A stretch of 63,951 nt of DNA, the filler included. It is 14 parts of 14 records of this genome, joined end to end, with 100 filler letters (N's around TTAATTAATTAA, not from the genome) between each part and the next. Parts side by side here need not be neighbours in the genome. Positions count along the whole stretch, not along the records: positions 36,019 to 39,099 come from SRR7504441_19939; positions 39,200 to 43,383 come from SRR7504441_19952; positions 43,484 to 47,536 come from SRR7504441_19953; 11 more parts are not named here. One strand, given 5' to 3'. Each line of letters begins with the position of its first letter. Position 1 is the stretch's first letter. Under the pieces are notes generated by a model. It saw nothing but the letters and a program-made list of their open reading frames with translations. It made no database searches and had not been told where the DNA came from. Both the position numbers and the translations under genes were made by a program. Shown here in pieces: positions 36,250 to 47,636 of the stretch.

Positions 36250-36937
36250 TCAGCCGATCGGCTCAAATAAAAGCAGCTGCGAGTCGTGCTCCGCGATCGC
36301 ATCAGTCTCAAACACACCTCCGGTTGCAGCCGGCAAGTCGCTCCGCAGGTAGAGATCACGAACTCTGTAGCTCTTGCTCGGTTCCATCCCTTCCACGGCC
36401 GCAAAGGCAATCCTGCCCTTGAACTGATCGCCCGCCTGGTTGTTCAGTGCAAGCACCGCCATCGCTCCGCTCGGCTGCGGCTTGGCCCATAGCTGGTAGA
36501 AAATATCGCTCGCATCGTCATGCTGTGGGTTGCCCTGCCTGCGAGCCATGCAGCGCGGCGGAAACACACAAGGCGGGTATTTGCAGCCCGGCTGCTCACG
36601 CCCTGTGGGCACCGAGGGCTTGCCTATCATAGACTGCAGGTTGTTTAGTGTCGAGCTAAAAGTATGTGTCACATCACCCGAGGTCCTGTACAGGTTAAAA
36701 GGACAGTTCACAATTCGCCCGTGCTCGTCCACATCCGGCCCACCACCCCAGTGGCACTGCTCGGTGACCAGGGCCTTGTGGCTGATTGTTCTGCCGCCCG
36801 CCGAAAGCGTTCCAGCTGCGCCAGGAGAGCGGCGGGGTTCGGGCGAGACCATTCCAGCCCGGCTTGAAGTGTGCCCCGATGTTCGGGCTGTCGGCCCGCC
36901 CGGGGGGCACGAGCATGGCCAAGGTCACCAGCATCAC
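36250..36937 (-). pseudogene. Internally deleted, frameshifted GH27 alpha-galactosidase
   Basis: Signal peptide + NGLARTPPLSWRSWNAF jumps out of frame to EQCHW..YRTSGDV, then to C-terminal QLWAKP..YRVRDLY. Nucleophile region (KxD) and the DPDML-type segment are missing. Confidence 0.6.
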
Positions 36938-37158
36938 GCCCCTACAGCCCGGGCTGGACATGAGAGATAACGCCTAATAAACGGCAAGTAACAGGTACTA
37001 GGTACTGCGGCCTAGAATCTTACAGAATACATGCATGTATAGACCCGGTGACATCGGAATCACGGCTGTCGCTGCTCGTAGCAAAGCTACTGCATAATTA
37101 TATGATCGATTGACAATTAATTAACATATTGCGGCTCTTCTTCCCGCTTGCAGGGAGC

Positions 37159-38341
37159 TTATACTGAGTGCCCTAGACTCGGCTCAGCCTCGCTACTCAG
37201 CCCCCAAGGCGGAATAGCGTGCACAGGACTCATCTGGGGCGGTGCTTTGAGCAGCCGGTTATACAAAGGCACCAGATGCGCAGTCACGAGTGCTCGAATC
37301 CTGCCCAGCTGCTCAAGCCCCGGCCGGCTCGCACTGTCACCGCTCCTCCGGCTGCTGCAGCTGGGCAAACAGCGTCTCGGCCAGTCGGACGATCGACACC
37401 AAGAATCTGCTCCCAGTCGTCCCAGGATTGGGTTGGGGCGGCACCTTGGGTAAGGGATCTTTGGCTTGGTCTCTCGAGTTGTTCCCACGGCTAGTTGGAA
37501 CAGATCGTCCCCTCTGAACTTGGGCAACCACGGCGCCGTCGGCTCCGCTTTGTTCTCAATGAGCTGGGCCTGTCCCATTGCTCAGCGCCCGCACCATCTG
37601 GCCACCGACCTGCTGGATGAATCTATAAAAGCCTCGCGCACTCATCTCGTCAGCGTTTGGGAGCTTAAATTGCTCGAATATTCCGGCCAGTGCCGGCGCG
37701 AACCTGCCCGAGCCGCTGCCGGCCGGCCGTTGATGCGAGCTCACTCGGCGAGATTCGATGCCAGCATGGCTTGGAGGTGCGGCGCCGCCTCGTACGGGTG
37801 AGCAGGGCCTGACGCTATGGCGCCTCGGCTGGGCGAAATCATGTTGGGCCCGGGGGTGCCCAGCGGCTGGGCCATGATCCGGGCGGTGACCACCCGGTCC
37901 CGGAGCAACGAGTAAAGCCTGTCGCTCGCACCGGAGGTGGAAGGGTAAAGACGGACCGACAGACGCACCTACCGCCGCAGCTCGCACTGAGCCGGCCGGC
38001 GGGCACCAGCGCAAGGAGCCACTTGTCGTATCCGACCCGCAGGTGCTCCGAATTGGGCTGCCCGAGCAACCGTCTGAAGAAAGCGTCTACGTTCACTGAC
38101 GTGTGCCTCAGCCCCGCGCGCGGCCGCTCATGACACCTTGATCGTCCAGCAGGCCAGCGTCCCAGAGGAAATCGTGGAACCCGACGTTGGTCATCGAGGC
38201 TCGGTACTCGGCGTACCGCGCAAAGACCTGCTGGAGCTTTGGGCGGACGTCAGGGTGCTCCACCACCTCCTGGGCCAGGGGCTCGGCGGGGGAGGGGGCT
38301 GGGGTTTGCCTCGGCCCAGCGGGGGAGGGTGAGCACGTCAT
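37159..38341 (-). CDS. Multi-exon protein with two degenerate EF-hand-like repeats
   Basis: LQQVFARYA..GFHDFLWDAGLL..LVRLSVRLY and LAGIFEQFK..GFYRFIQQAQLI..FLVSIVRLAETLF. Several ~40-nt introns; ends uncertain. Confidence 0.45.
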
Positions 38342-38567
38342 GCTGCGGCGGGCGGTGCGAGTAGCTCTCCTGGTACATCCTGGGTGCACCGACAGGCCGT
38401 GAGGCAACACCCGATGCCTCCTCCCAAGCGCCCTCCCTGCTGCTGGGAAATAAATAACGGCACTTTGGATGACCTCCTCTTCTCTGCAGGCTGGAACAAA
38501 CGTGTACTGTCTCCAGTGCACCATACCGCCAAGCTCAGCCACATAGCCACGGCTGCACAGCCACTCC

Positions 38568-39099
38568 ATGGGGTGTAGCGGCAGCATGCAGCAGGACCAG
38601 GCGGTGGCAGCCGGGCAGTGCCGGCTGCTCATCCAGACTGACGATCCTGCCGACCCTGCCACCACAAGCATGTTTCAACACGCGCATAGCTTCAACCAGG
38701 ACCTGGACAGCTGGGACGTCTCAAGTGTCACTAATATGAGCCGTATGTTTGCTGTCGCTCGTAAGTTTGATCAAACACTGAGCAGCTGGGACGTCTCCAA
38801 TGTCATTGACGCGAGTGGAATGTTCCAAGGTGCTATAAGCTTCGACGGAGACCTGGGCAGTTGGGATGTCTCCAGCGTCACTAACATGAGCTACATGTTT
38901 GCTAGCGCAAGCAGCTTCAATCAGGATATCAGCGGCTGGAATGTGGCCAGGGTCGCGAACTTAAATCGTTGTTTTGCTGATGCGCAGAGCTTTGATCAGG
39001 ACTTGAGCAATTGGGACGTGTCCAGCGTGAGGCACATGCACGCCGTATTTTTCAAAACTGACCTAGGCAGAGAGAGCAGACCCGCATGGTATTCTGTAA
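38568..39099 (+). CDS. DUF285/BspA-type 25-residue repeat protein, 3' end at contig edge
   Basis: Five repeats of F[ND]xDLSSWDVSxVTNMxxMF. Confidence 0.8.
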
Positions 39100-39199
39100 N
39101 NNNNNNNNNNNNNNNNNNNNNNNNNNNNNNNNNNNNNNNNNNNTTAATTAATTAANNNNNNNNNNNNNNNNNNNNNNNNNNNNNNNNNNNNNNNNNNNN

Positions 39200-40113
39200 G
39201 GTCAGTGCGCTGGAGGGTCAGCTGGAGGGTCAGCTGGAGGGAGGCCCGTGTTTAAGTTCGGTGGATGTTCGTGTTAGTACGTTGGAGGCTGAACAGTCTA
39301 AGGAGCGCATCGAGGAGCTCAAGTCTCAGCTTGCAGAATTAAGATCGCAAGTGACTGCTCAGCCTGGTGGTTCTAATGGTAGCGTGCTGTTTGCTGTTGG
39401 CCGTTAATGGGTGGTAAGGTGATGAGGCCTGGCTCAATAAGCGCAAGCAGCTGCTTGAAGAGGCGATTTGGAGGAACGACCAGCGGGCGCTTGCCTTTAA
39501 GATCAAGGAAGAGGAGCTACAGGTGGGCGTTACTCTGCTCAAACTTGAGTTGTGCTTGTTTAGGAGGAGTGGGAGCGGAGCTCAATGAGATCGTCGGCGT
39601 CCACCCGGGCTCGGTAAGCTGCGTGCCTATTCAGGCTGAGTTGGATTAAGGCACTCGATGGATGGGTTCGGTTCCACAGTGTCGAATGGGTTTGGGTCTC
39701 GCACGAGCACCTTGGCCGACTCTAGCACCAGCATGAAGGCATGTGCCTATCCAACCGGCTGCCAACAATTAGTACAGGGGGGTAAACCACCTAGTTTGCA
39801 GCTTTCAGCCATCATGGTAGAAACGAGCAACACGCCGGCGGTGCCCAGCCTTGATGATTCGGGCCTGAGTGGCTCGGGTGATGCAGGGGTCGGGCCAGTC
39901 CGTGCTCAGTGATGATACAACAGTCGTCGGCACACTGACAGAAGGTGGGCTGGTGGGGCTAGTAGGAGTGCTCTGAGCTGGGGCAGGTCTCAACTCTTGG
40001 CTGTTTTCTAGCTCAGAAGACACGGTGCAACTCCAGCATAGCGGACCGCTACTTAATTGCAGCATGGCAAGCCGACATCTAGCTACAACAGACGAAGCTC
40101 CTCGTTCATACTA
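39200..40113 (+). CDS. 3' fragment of a coiled-coil / low-complexity protein
   Basis: KERIEELKSQLAELRSQ and downstream short exons. Exon structure not fully resolved. Confidence 0.3.
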
Positions 40114-40287
40114 ATCTCTATCATTTTACTACGAGTATCAATTAATGCATCTACTTAATAACTATTTGACATTCGTTCCCCTTCATTGATCAACTGTCAT
40201 ATATAGATTTAATCAATCGCGCGACGAAAGAGCTCCATGAGCTAAGTACAGTAGCATGGATCAAAATCGAAAGGTGTTCTCATTTCG

Positions 40288-43158
40288 CTACTCCAACGTT
40301 GTCGACACTCTGAAACTCTCGAGGAACTCGTTTATGTCAACCGTGCCGCTGCACCAACAAGCCTGAGAGTACGCTCGACAGCGGGTCACCTGTTGTCGTG
40401 GTCTAGCACGCGAAACAGCTCCTCTGCGTTCTCGATCCGATCGGAGGCAGGAACTTGCTCATTGAGCCACTCACACCCCTTTATCCACTCATCCATATCT
40501 AACAGCCTGTGCCCACCGTCAGTTGCCCAATGACTCGCTGCTAGCACCCTTCGCCCGACGTATCCCAGTGAACAAACAAGCTCTGGATGGTATGAGAATG
40601 CTTGTACAGATTGGTGGCCAGCGATACCCCGTGATGGACAGAATTCACCTGAAGGACGCTTTATCCACTCGCTACAGGCTCATTGGCTGTAGCGACCTGG
40701 AACTTGTCCAGCCATTCATTGAACTCAAGCCTGCCTCCATCTCGGTCCCATAGCTCATCAGGCGCCATCATTGGCTGCAGCGCGTGCCATGGCAAAGCAA
40801 GATGCTCTCCATCCAGCGAAAGGCCCTCAGACAGGATGGTCTCCCACTCGAGCTTGGTCACTAGTTCACGCGAGCCTTGCTGCGACGAGAACCAGCTGGC
40901 TGACTGCTTCATTTTGAATGCCTCAAACGAATCTTTGATCGACTGCTTGTTTCGTACCACGATGTCGATGACTTTGTCGTTATTCCGGCGTTGAAATGCC
41001 TCAATTCCATCATGCTCTGCCACCAAACTCAGTCATTATCAGGCGCCCGCTGACCGATCTTGAAACGGTTCACATCCAGCTCGAGCCCGTTAGTGGTGCT
41101 GTTCTTCTGCATCACCAAGATTGCGCCTTGGTTGCCGCTCCCCTCGTAGTTCGACGCCGAGAAGACCTGCTTGGATCTAAGGTCAGTCCGGCACGCTGCG
41201 GTACCGTAATGCACAGCTTGGGACTCTCCGGACTGACAGCGAAGCTCTTGATCCCTGCCCGCCGTTGCAATCGGGCTCAACGGCGGCCCACCTTCAAGAC
41301 AAGCCTCGTGTGCACGGATCAGCCAGTCTACCCCGAGTAGGTCCGTCCACTCTTGCACCATTCTGGCGTTGAACTGCACCCCTAGACCTGCCCAGGGCTT
41401 GCATCCGCCCACAGTCTAGCCTCGCACCGCGCTGATAGTTGGGCGCAAACCCGAGCGCGTTCACCGAATCGTCGTCGTAAGGGTCGGACCAAAGCAAGTC
41501 ATTGACCAACTCAGTATTGGCGGCTGCGTCGAATTCTTGGCTGAGCGTGCGCAACTGAGTGACGTAATCCGTGAGCGACTGTTCCGAGGCTCGACCTAAC
41601 TTGTTGGTTGCCGCTTCGAGCTCTTCTGCGGCGGCCAGCGCCTCTTTGCTGCACCGGCGCAGCTCGCCAGCCTCGCTTTCGATCCAAAGCATTCGCTTCC
41701 TTGCCTGGTACCGCAATATCCGGGCTTGCAGCGCCGTGGCCGCCTGCATCTTCGCTCGGGTTTCCGGCGCCAGCAAGTCTAACAAAGCTGTCGGAAGCCC
41801 AGCTCCGAATGAGCAGGGCGGCGCACACTGCGCACCAGTCGTAAAACTCGGGGCGGGCGCAGGGCCGGACCTGGGTAGTTTGTAGCGTGCCTCGCGGCAG
41901 AGCGTTGATCTGATCGAGCCCGGCTACCTCGCCGCTGCAGCGTGGCATCCCGCCGTGGAGTACACACATCACCTAAAAGCCGCTAAGCCAGGCGGCGCCC
42001 GGAGTGTGGTCGCCTGGTCCATGATTGCGACAAGTGGCAGCCACGCAAACGCCTCACAGATGTTTTCGAAGATGGTGGGCGCCCACTGCTTCCAGCCAGC
42101 GCGCACCTGCAGCGCTGCTTCTCGCTGCAAGCCGAGGATCGAGTGACCTGGTCACTAGTAGAATGCCTGGCTTCGCCTGGGTATTCCATACACTCCTGGT
42201 GGAAGCTATACGTCTTGACAGTGAGCAAGTCCTCGTGGTTGCCTCGGATCAGTGTCACTGCGTTCGGGAGAACGGCCTGGAATGCGAGCACGATACACAG
42301 CACCTCCACCCCACATTGGCCTCGGTCCACGAAATCTCCGTCGAATATGTAACGGACTTTCTCGCTCGGTGAGCCTGCTCGCCGGTCAGCTGGCCCATCT
42401 GTATCGTTAACACCTTGCAGCCGGAATATTTCACACAGGTCTGAGACGCTCCCATGCAAGTCACCCACGACTATCAACTTCTCGCCACCTGCGTCATGTT
42501 GGGGTCAGCAGACACATGTGACCAGTTAGGTCTCGCCTTCGATGGGAGGCAGTTTAACTACGTTCTCCTTGGCTTTTAGCACCGGGATGACAGCCTTCAG
42601 CACCACCAGCACACTTTGTGCCGGGATCGCATGCCCTTTCTGGCCACACGCTCAGCCCCCGGGCAGCCAGCAGCCGACCGTCACGCTCTGGACCAGAGAC
42701 TCGACTTGCTCCAGCCCGAACCCCTTGGACAGCCAGCAGCTCTGGCCGCCCGTCTCGGCCAGCACCAGACTCTCCTCCGATATTCGGCTCAGGTCGACCC
42801 GCCGTTTGTCCTCGTCGTTATCGTTCTCAAACAGATGAAGCCGGCGGACCGTGGCCAGCATCTTGGACAGCTGCAGCCTACCCGCCGCTCCCAACCCGCC
42901 CAGCCGGCCCCCGACCGTTGCTTCTCGTCGCGGACGTCCAACTCGTTCCATCTGCCCGGCCCGGTCGGTCCCCAGCCCAGCGCGGGCAGGCCACATCTTC
43001 CAAGCGGTGAGCCTTTCCTGCGAGTGCGCCGGCTCCAGCTGGTTCGCGTGGTCGTTCCCGGTCGTGGAGCGCACCACTCCAGGCTTCACGGTGTGCCGTC
43101 CTGCTGTGGCCTGCACCGTCCGACCCGGTATCTCTTCCTTTGAGTTGCCGCAGCCCAT
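40288..43158 (-). CDS. PPEF/rdgC-type Ser/Thr protein phosphatase with EF-hands
   Basis: MGCGNSK acylation start. Spliced TAWKIWNELD..EKQRLQL, VGDLHG, FDGDFVDRG, IRGNHE, LPLVAIMDQVMCVLHGG, DLLWSDP, IRAHE, FSASNY. C-terminal EF loops (DRDGGRLEFNEW, DHDNSGTVDINEF). Confidence 0.85.
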
Positions 43159-43483
43159 CACCCCGCTGTCTGAGTGCTCGGTGGCTCAGTTGCGACCTGC
43201 CCCGCCACTCGCCACCCCGGCCTTCCGCCCCAGGGAGCCTGCCCTCACTGCTTCTGGCCTCACCCACGCGCCGTTGCAGCCGTTTCAGCTCATCAGGTAT
43301 GGCGTTGCAGCAGAGGACGGCCCGTGTGGCCAATACCGAGCACCGCACGCGGTACCAATGGCCAGGTGAGGCACCCCGTGCCANNNNNNNNNNNNNNNNN
43401 NNNNNNNNNNNNNNNNNNNNNNNNNNNTTAATTAATTAANNNNNNNNNNNNNNNNNNNNNNNNNNNNNNNNNNNNNNNNNNNN

Positions 43484-44068
43484 GCGATCGTCAACAACAT
43501 GATCGAGGCTAGCGACAGCGACTACAACTGCCAGGCGGGCGGGTGCGGGAGCGGGTGGACCGACTGGGACGGGTCGGCCACCGAGAGCATGAGCCGGCAC
43601 CTGATGTTCAAGGGTGCGCTAATGGCGGTTGGGGTGCAGTGTATTCTGCAGCTGATCGTCTGGGTGCCGGCCCAGCTACGCGGGCTCACGCTGCTCTCCT
43701 GGCTGGTGCTGCTCACCCTGCTCGAGTGGGCCGGCTGGCTGGTCCCTTGGGCGGTCGGGGCTGGGCCGTACCAATGGCAGTCTGAGCTCTACCGGCTTGG
43801 CCAGCTGCTCCCGATGCTGCTCGCGATCGGGTGCGTCTGGCCGTACTACCGGTACAACGACACGGTGTACACGCGGGAGGAGCAGCCGGGCGAGGTCCCG
43901 GACGCGGTCAAGGTCAACTACAACGCCAGTGGGATGGGATCGCCCACGGAAGACTTTGCTGTGGCGACCGACGGCCAGCCAGCCAGCCAACCGGTCAGCC
44001 GGACCGGCACCGAGGAGCTCGACGGCCGGACCGATTCGCGCGACTCGGAGTTTATCTTTCGCACCTGA
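43484..44068 (+). CDS. Multi-pass membrane protein, 5' partial
   Basis: Three hydrophobic helices followed by an acidic tail. Confidence 0.5.
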   Translation, partial: AIVNNMIEASDSDYNCQAGGCGSGWTDWDGSATESMSRHLMFKGALMAVGVQCILQLIVWVPAQLRGLTLLSWLVLLTLLEWAGWLVPWAVGAGPYQWQSELYRLGQLLPMLLAIGCVWPYYRYNDTVYTREEQPGEVPDAVKVNYNASGMGSPTEDFAVATDGQPASQPVSRTGTEELDGRTDSRDSEFIFRT

Positions 44069-44195
44069 ATGAATCTCGTTTGAGCCGAAGCACAACAATC
44101 TCGAGCAATCTTGAGAGTCAAATATAACGTGCAACTGTACATAATTATAAAAGAGTTGTAGAGCTTAATTTACAAGCATTCGCGTGCTTTCCGGG

Positions 44196-45383
44196 CTAGC
44201 TGTCTTGGATCAGCCCGAGGGCGTTGAGCTGCTCGTGGGCCGCCGCCCTGGTTTGCTCCCAGTTGTGCTGATCAAGTTGGATCGTCATTCCGGCCAGCCG
44301 ATCAAACTCGTGCTCCACCCGCTCCAGCCGGGCCTCGGCCTGGCCCCTCAGCTGCCGCTCCCTCCCGGCCTCGGCCTCCAGCTCGGCTTCGCGTGAGCCT
44401 GGGTGTGGCGGCGAGCCTTGGTCAGCCCGGCCGAGTATGGCGGTCATGAGGTCCGCCATCCACTGGTCCAAGAGCTCCGGCCGCTCCGCGTCGAACACCA
44501 TCGAGCCGTGCTTGCCCACCGGAGGCTCCACCTGCCCTCCGCTGGCCCCAAACAACCGGTGTGGCTAAAACCTCAAACTCAAACGCGAACGGCCTCGCGT
44601 CGCGCGCCTGCCTGAGGCCCTTGATCTGCGAGAGCGGGATCACCGCCTTGGGCTCGCTGCTCAGCTCGTCGTACAGTTTGAAATCTGGCGGCTCCACCGA
44701 GATCCAGCTGCCCACACACTCAGCCCGGCTCGCCCCGCCCGCACCGCCGGCTCCAGCTGCCGATCATGCCGGCCGCCCGCTTTAGAATGAACCCGCGGGC
44801 GGCCCCGGTCTTGGCCGCCTGGATCCGGGCCTGCTGCTCCACCTGGTTCATCTGCCACTGGATCCTCTCGTTCTCCCAGCCTGCTTTGGCGAGCTCCCAC
44901 TTCTGCAGCAGGTTGGCAAGCCCCGCTCGGACCGCCGCCAGCACCGGGCGGACCGCCGCATCGCACCGCTCCGGCACCGGCGGCAGCACGCACCGGCGGG
45001 CGGTCCGGTCCCCGTGGGTGTCGGCGGCCTCCACCAACTGCTTGAGCCCGCGCACCAACTGCTCAAAAGCGCCCGGCCGCCCCCCATGCTGGGCCGCCCC
45101 GATGTCCGCGTGGTAGGCCTCGCGGTCCTTTAACCGGGCGGCCTGCTCGCTGGCCAGCTCCTGGGTCAGCCGCCGGTTGTCTTGCTTTAGCTCGTCCACG
45201 GCGGTCCTGGCCGCGTTGAGCACCTGGTTGAGTGCGCGGCGCTCCTTATCCAGCACCTGCACGGGCTAGCCAGCGGCCGGGGGCAGGGGGGACCTGGTGG
45301 ATCCGGCGCAGGTGCTGCTCGGTCTGGGCCTTCTCCTCCCGGAGCTGCTCCACCTCCGTCTGGAGCTCCACCTCCGCCAGCAT
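44196..45383 (-). CDS. Coiled-coil + PH-domain protein, 3 introns
   Basis: Spliced RGFILKRAAGMIGSWSRRWISV..LYDELSSEPKAVIPL..FAFE..FDAERPELLDQWMADL is a PH domain. Confidence 0.75.
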
Positions 45384-45409
45384 GACCGTTATGTGACGCT
45401 CCGGACAGC

Positions 45410-46156
45410 ATGGCCGAGGAACCTTTGGAGAAGACCGTGTTCGATTACCTGCGGAGCAACGGGACAGACGGGCTGACCCCAAAGGAGCTGAGGCGGGCGC
45501 TCGAGCGGCAGCTCGGCCTGGCCGAGGGCGAACTCGACGCCAAGAAAGCCGAGATCAAACAGCTGTGTGCGGTGCGGCCGAGGCCTGCCGGTGGCCCAGC
45601 CGGCCGCAGGACTTCATGGCAGAGCAAGCAGCCCAACAGGAGGAGGAGGAGGAGGACGAGGAGAGCGACGACGACGAAGAGGACGAGGAGGAGGCCCCGC
45701 CGCCCAAAAAGGCCAAGAAAGAGCCAAAACCCAAGCCCGAGCCCGCAGAGAAGAAGGAGAAGACCTTCGCTGTGGAGACCGTTGGGTCAGTTGCGCTAGG
45801 GTCGGGCTGAGCTGGGGCAGCGGGGAGGAGGCGCCCAAGCAGCTTGGCAAGGCCCAAAGCAGGCTGATGAAGGGAGGCGACTTCCTGGGCTGCGGGGAGG
45901 CGATCCAAATAAACCTGTTCGGCAACCGGCTGAGCGGCACCCCCCGCCAGTTCAGCTCGGGCGGGTATGGCTGGTACACGGGCGGCAAGATTCCGATCGA
46001 GCTGCAGGGCAAGAAGGCAGGCTGCCGCCGCTGGTGTGGCCAGCCGGTCTGGCAGGTGTGGGCGCAGGTGGGACTAAACGTGACCATACCGGGCTCCAAG
46101 GCAGCCAACGCCGCCGGCCGCCGGCTGAGCCGTGGGCGCAGGAGTGGCGCGCGTGA
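45410..46156 (+). CDS. DEK_C-domain chromatin protein with acidic/basic linker and an uncharacterised C-terminal beta domain
   Basis: LTPKELRRALERQLGLAEGELDAKKAEIKQL (DEK_C). E/D and K-rich linker. PRQFSSGGYGWYTGGKIPIELQGKKVWAQVGLNVTIPGSKEWRA after removing GC-AG introns 46017-46055 and 46101-46141. Confidence 0.65.
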
Positions 46157-46321
46157 GTCGGAGCCGCCATTGTGAGATAAATAATTAAGCAAGCACTCAC
46201 ACAGTCACTTTTACTACAATACTTCACTCTAAGGTCTACACTTGACTGTTGTAGAAGGCGTCGATGGCGCTTTGGCCAGTGCAAGGGTCGAGCCTGCTAC
46301 TGCGCACTACACTCTGCCAGC

Positions 46322-46948
46322 TCAGAGCGCCAGGCTCGCGCGGTTGTCTTCAGCGTTGTTGTTGCAACACCCGTCGTCGTCATCGCTTGGCCTCGTGGCC
46401 GCTTGCTCGGGCTGTTGGTCCGACGGAAGCGCCGAGCCGCTGATGGCTTTGGCGACCATAACGGCTGACCGCTGGTCGGCCTCGTTGACTATCTGATGGG
46501 CTAGTTTGCCCCACTCGGCGCACTGGACGCACCGGTCGCGCTGGCAGTGGCTGCAGCTGATGAAAGACTCCCCGGCCCCGATCGGCCGGCCGCACTCGCC
46601 GCACTGGTACCGGCCGGCCACCGGGGCCTTGAGCTCACCCTGGCTCCCGACCCGGCACCGAGGGCACTGGGGCCGCTGGCCGCCCAGCTGGGAGCCAACA
46701 GCCTGGAGTGCCTGGGCCAGCTGGGCCGACCGGGCCCTCTCGGCCTCCAGGGCCCAGCGCAGCTCGACGTACGCCGACTGGAGCCCGGCCATCTGCTCGG
46801 CCAGACCGCAGCCGCAGCCCCAGCGAGCACGCCGGGGGCTGGCTCGGCGCTGGCCGTCGGCAGGGTGGAGCGGGCGGTACGGGCGGGGCGGGGTGCCTGC
46901 CCGCAGCCCGGAGGACTCGCATCGCGGAGTGCACGGCCCGTCCGACAT
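46322..46948 (-). CDS. Small coiled-coil + Cys-rich zinc-finger protein
   Basis: CPRC..YQCGECGRPI..ISCSHCQRDRCVQC (four CxxC pairs). Start uncertain. Confidence 0.55.
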   Translation of the reverse strand: MSDGPCTPRCESSGLRAGTPPRPYRPLHPADGQRRASPRRARWGCGCGLAEQMAGLQSAYVELRWALEAERARSAQLAQALQAVGSQLGGQRPQCPRCRVGSQGELKAPVAGRYQCGECGRPIGAGESFISCSHCQRDRCVQCAEWGKLAHQIVNEADQRSAVMVAKAISGSALPSDQQPEQAATRPSDDDDGCCNNNAEDNRASLAL

Positions 46949-47053
46949 GCTGCGGCGAGCAGACGCGGACGGTGCGCCGACCGTTCTCTTGCCGCTGCCC
47001 TACCATTGTTCCCAAAATAAAGATTTATCAGCCGCGGGAAAGAGAAAGGCAAC

Positions 47054-47536
47054 AATGGCCGACGAGGCCGCGGTCCGGCAGGAGGCGCCCGCTGGCTCGG
47101 GGCCGGGGCCAGCAGGGGGGCAGCTGGAGCAGATGGGGAAGCGGCCGGAGCTTCCGGCCGGGGCGCGGGCCCAGCTCGAACAGGGGCTGGCCGCCCGATC
47201 GGCGGATGGGTTGCTGATGGGCGGAGTGCACGGGCTGCTCCAGCTCAGCTTTAGCATGGTACAGCCTCCCTGGGGGCGCCGGTCGAGCTGGGGCAGGAGG
47301 AGGCCCAGCTGGAGGCCGAGTTCGCCCGGCCGGACGAGTACGCCGAGCTTTGCCAGATGCTGCACGGTGCGAGCGGTCCGGCCGGGGCGAGCCTGGGGCA
47401 GCCCCGGAGCGCTGGGCGGCCGGGCTCGGGCTGGAGCTGCCGGACGAGGTGGCCGAGTGCCTGTGCTGGCGGCGCGGGGCCCTGGGCTTCATGAAGCTAT
47501 CCACGGTGCGGCGGCGGCGGCGGCGGCGGCGGCGGC
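47054..47536 (+). CDS. Possible RIMOC1/C5orf51-like protein, 3' partial
   Basis: EVAECLCWRRGALGFMK resembles the ECLxWRRGALLYM segment as I recall it. Short introns; cut by the contig end. Confidence 0.35.
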
Positions 47537-47636
47537 NNNNNNNNNNNNNNNNNNNNNNNNNNNNNNNNNNNNNNNNNNNNTTAATTAATTAANNNNNNNN
47601 NNNNNNNNNNNNNNNNNNNNNNNNNNNNNNNNNNNN

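Noticed and set aside
38568-39099. DUF285 repeat gene as a sign of bacterial contamination
   Set aside because: It shares a contig with intron-containing genes, and such repeats are common in marine protists.
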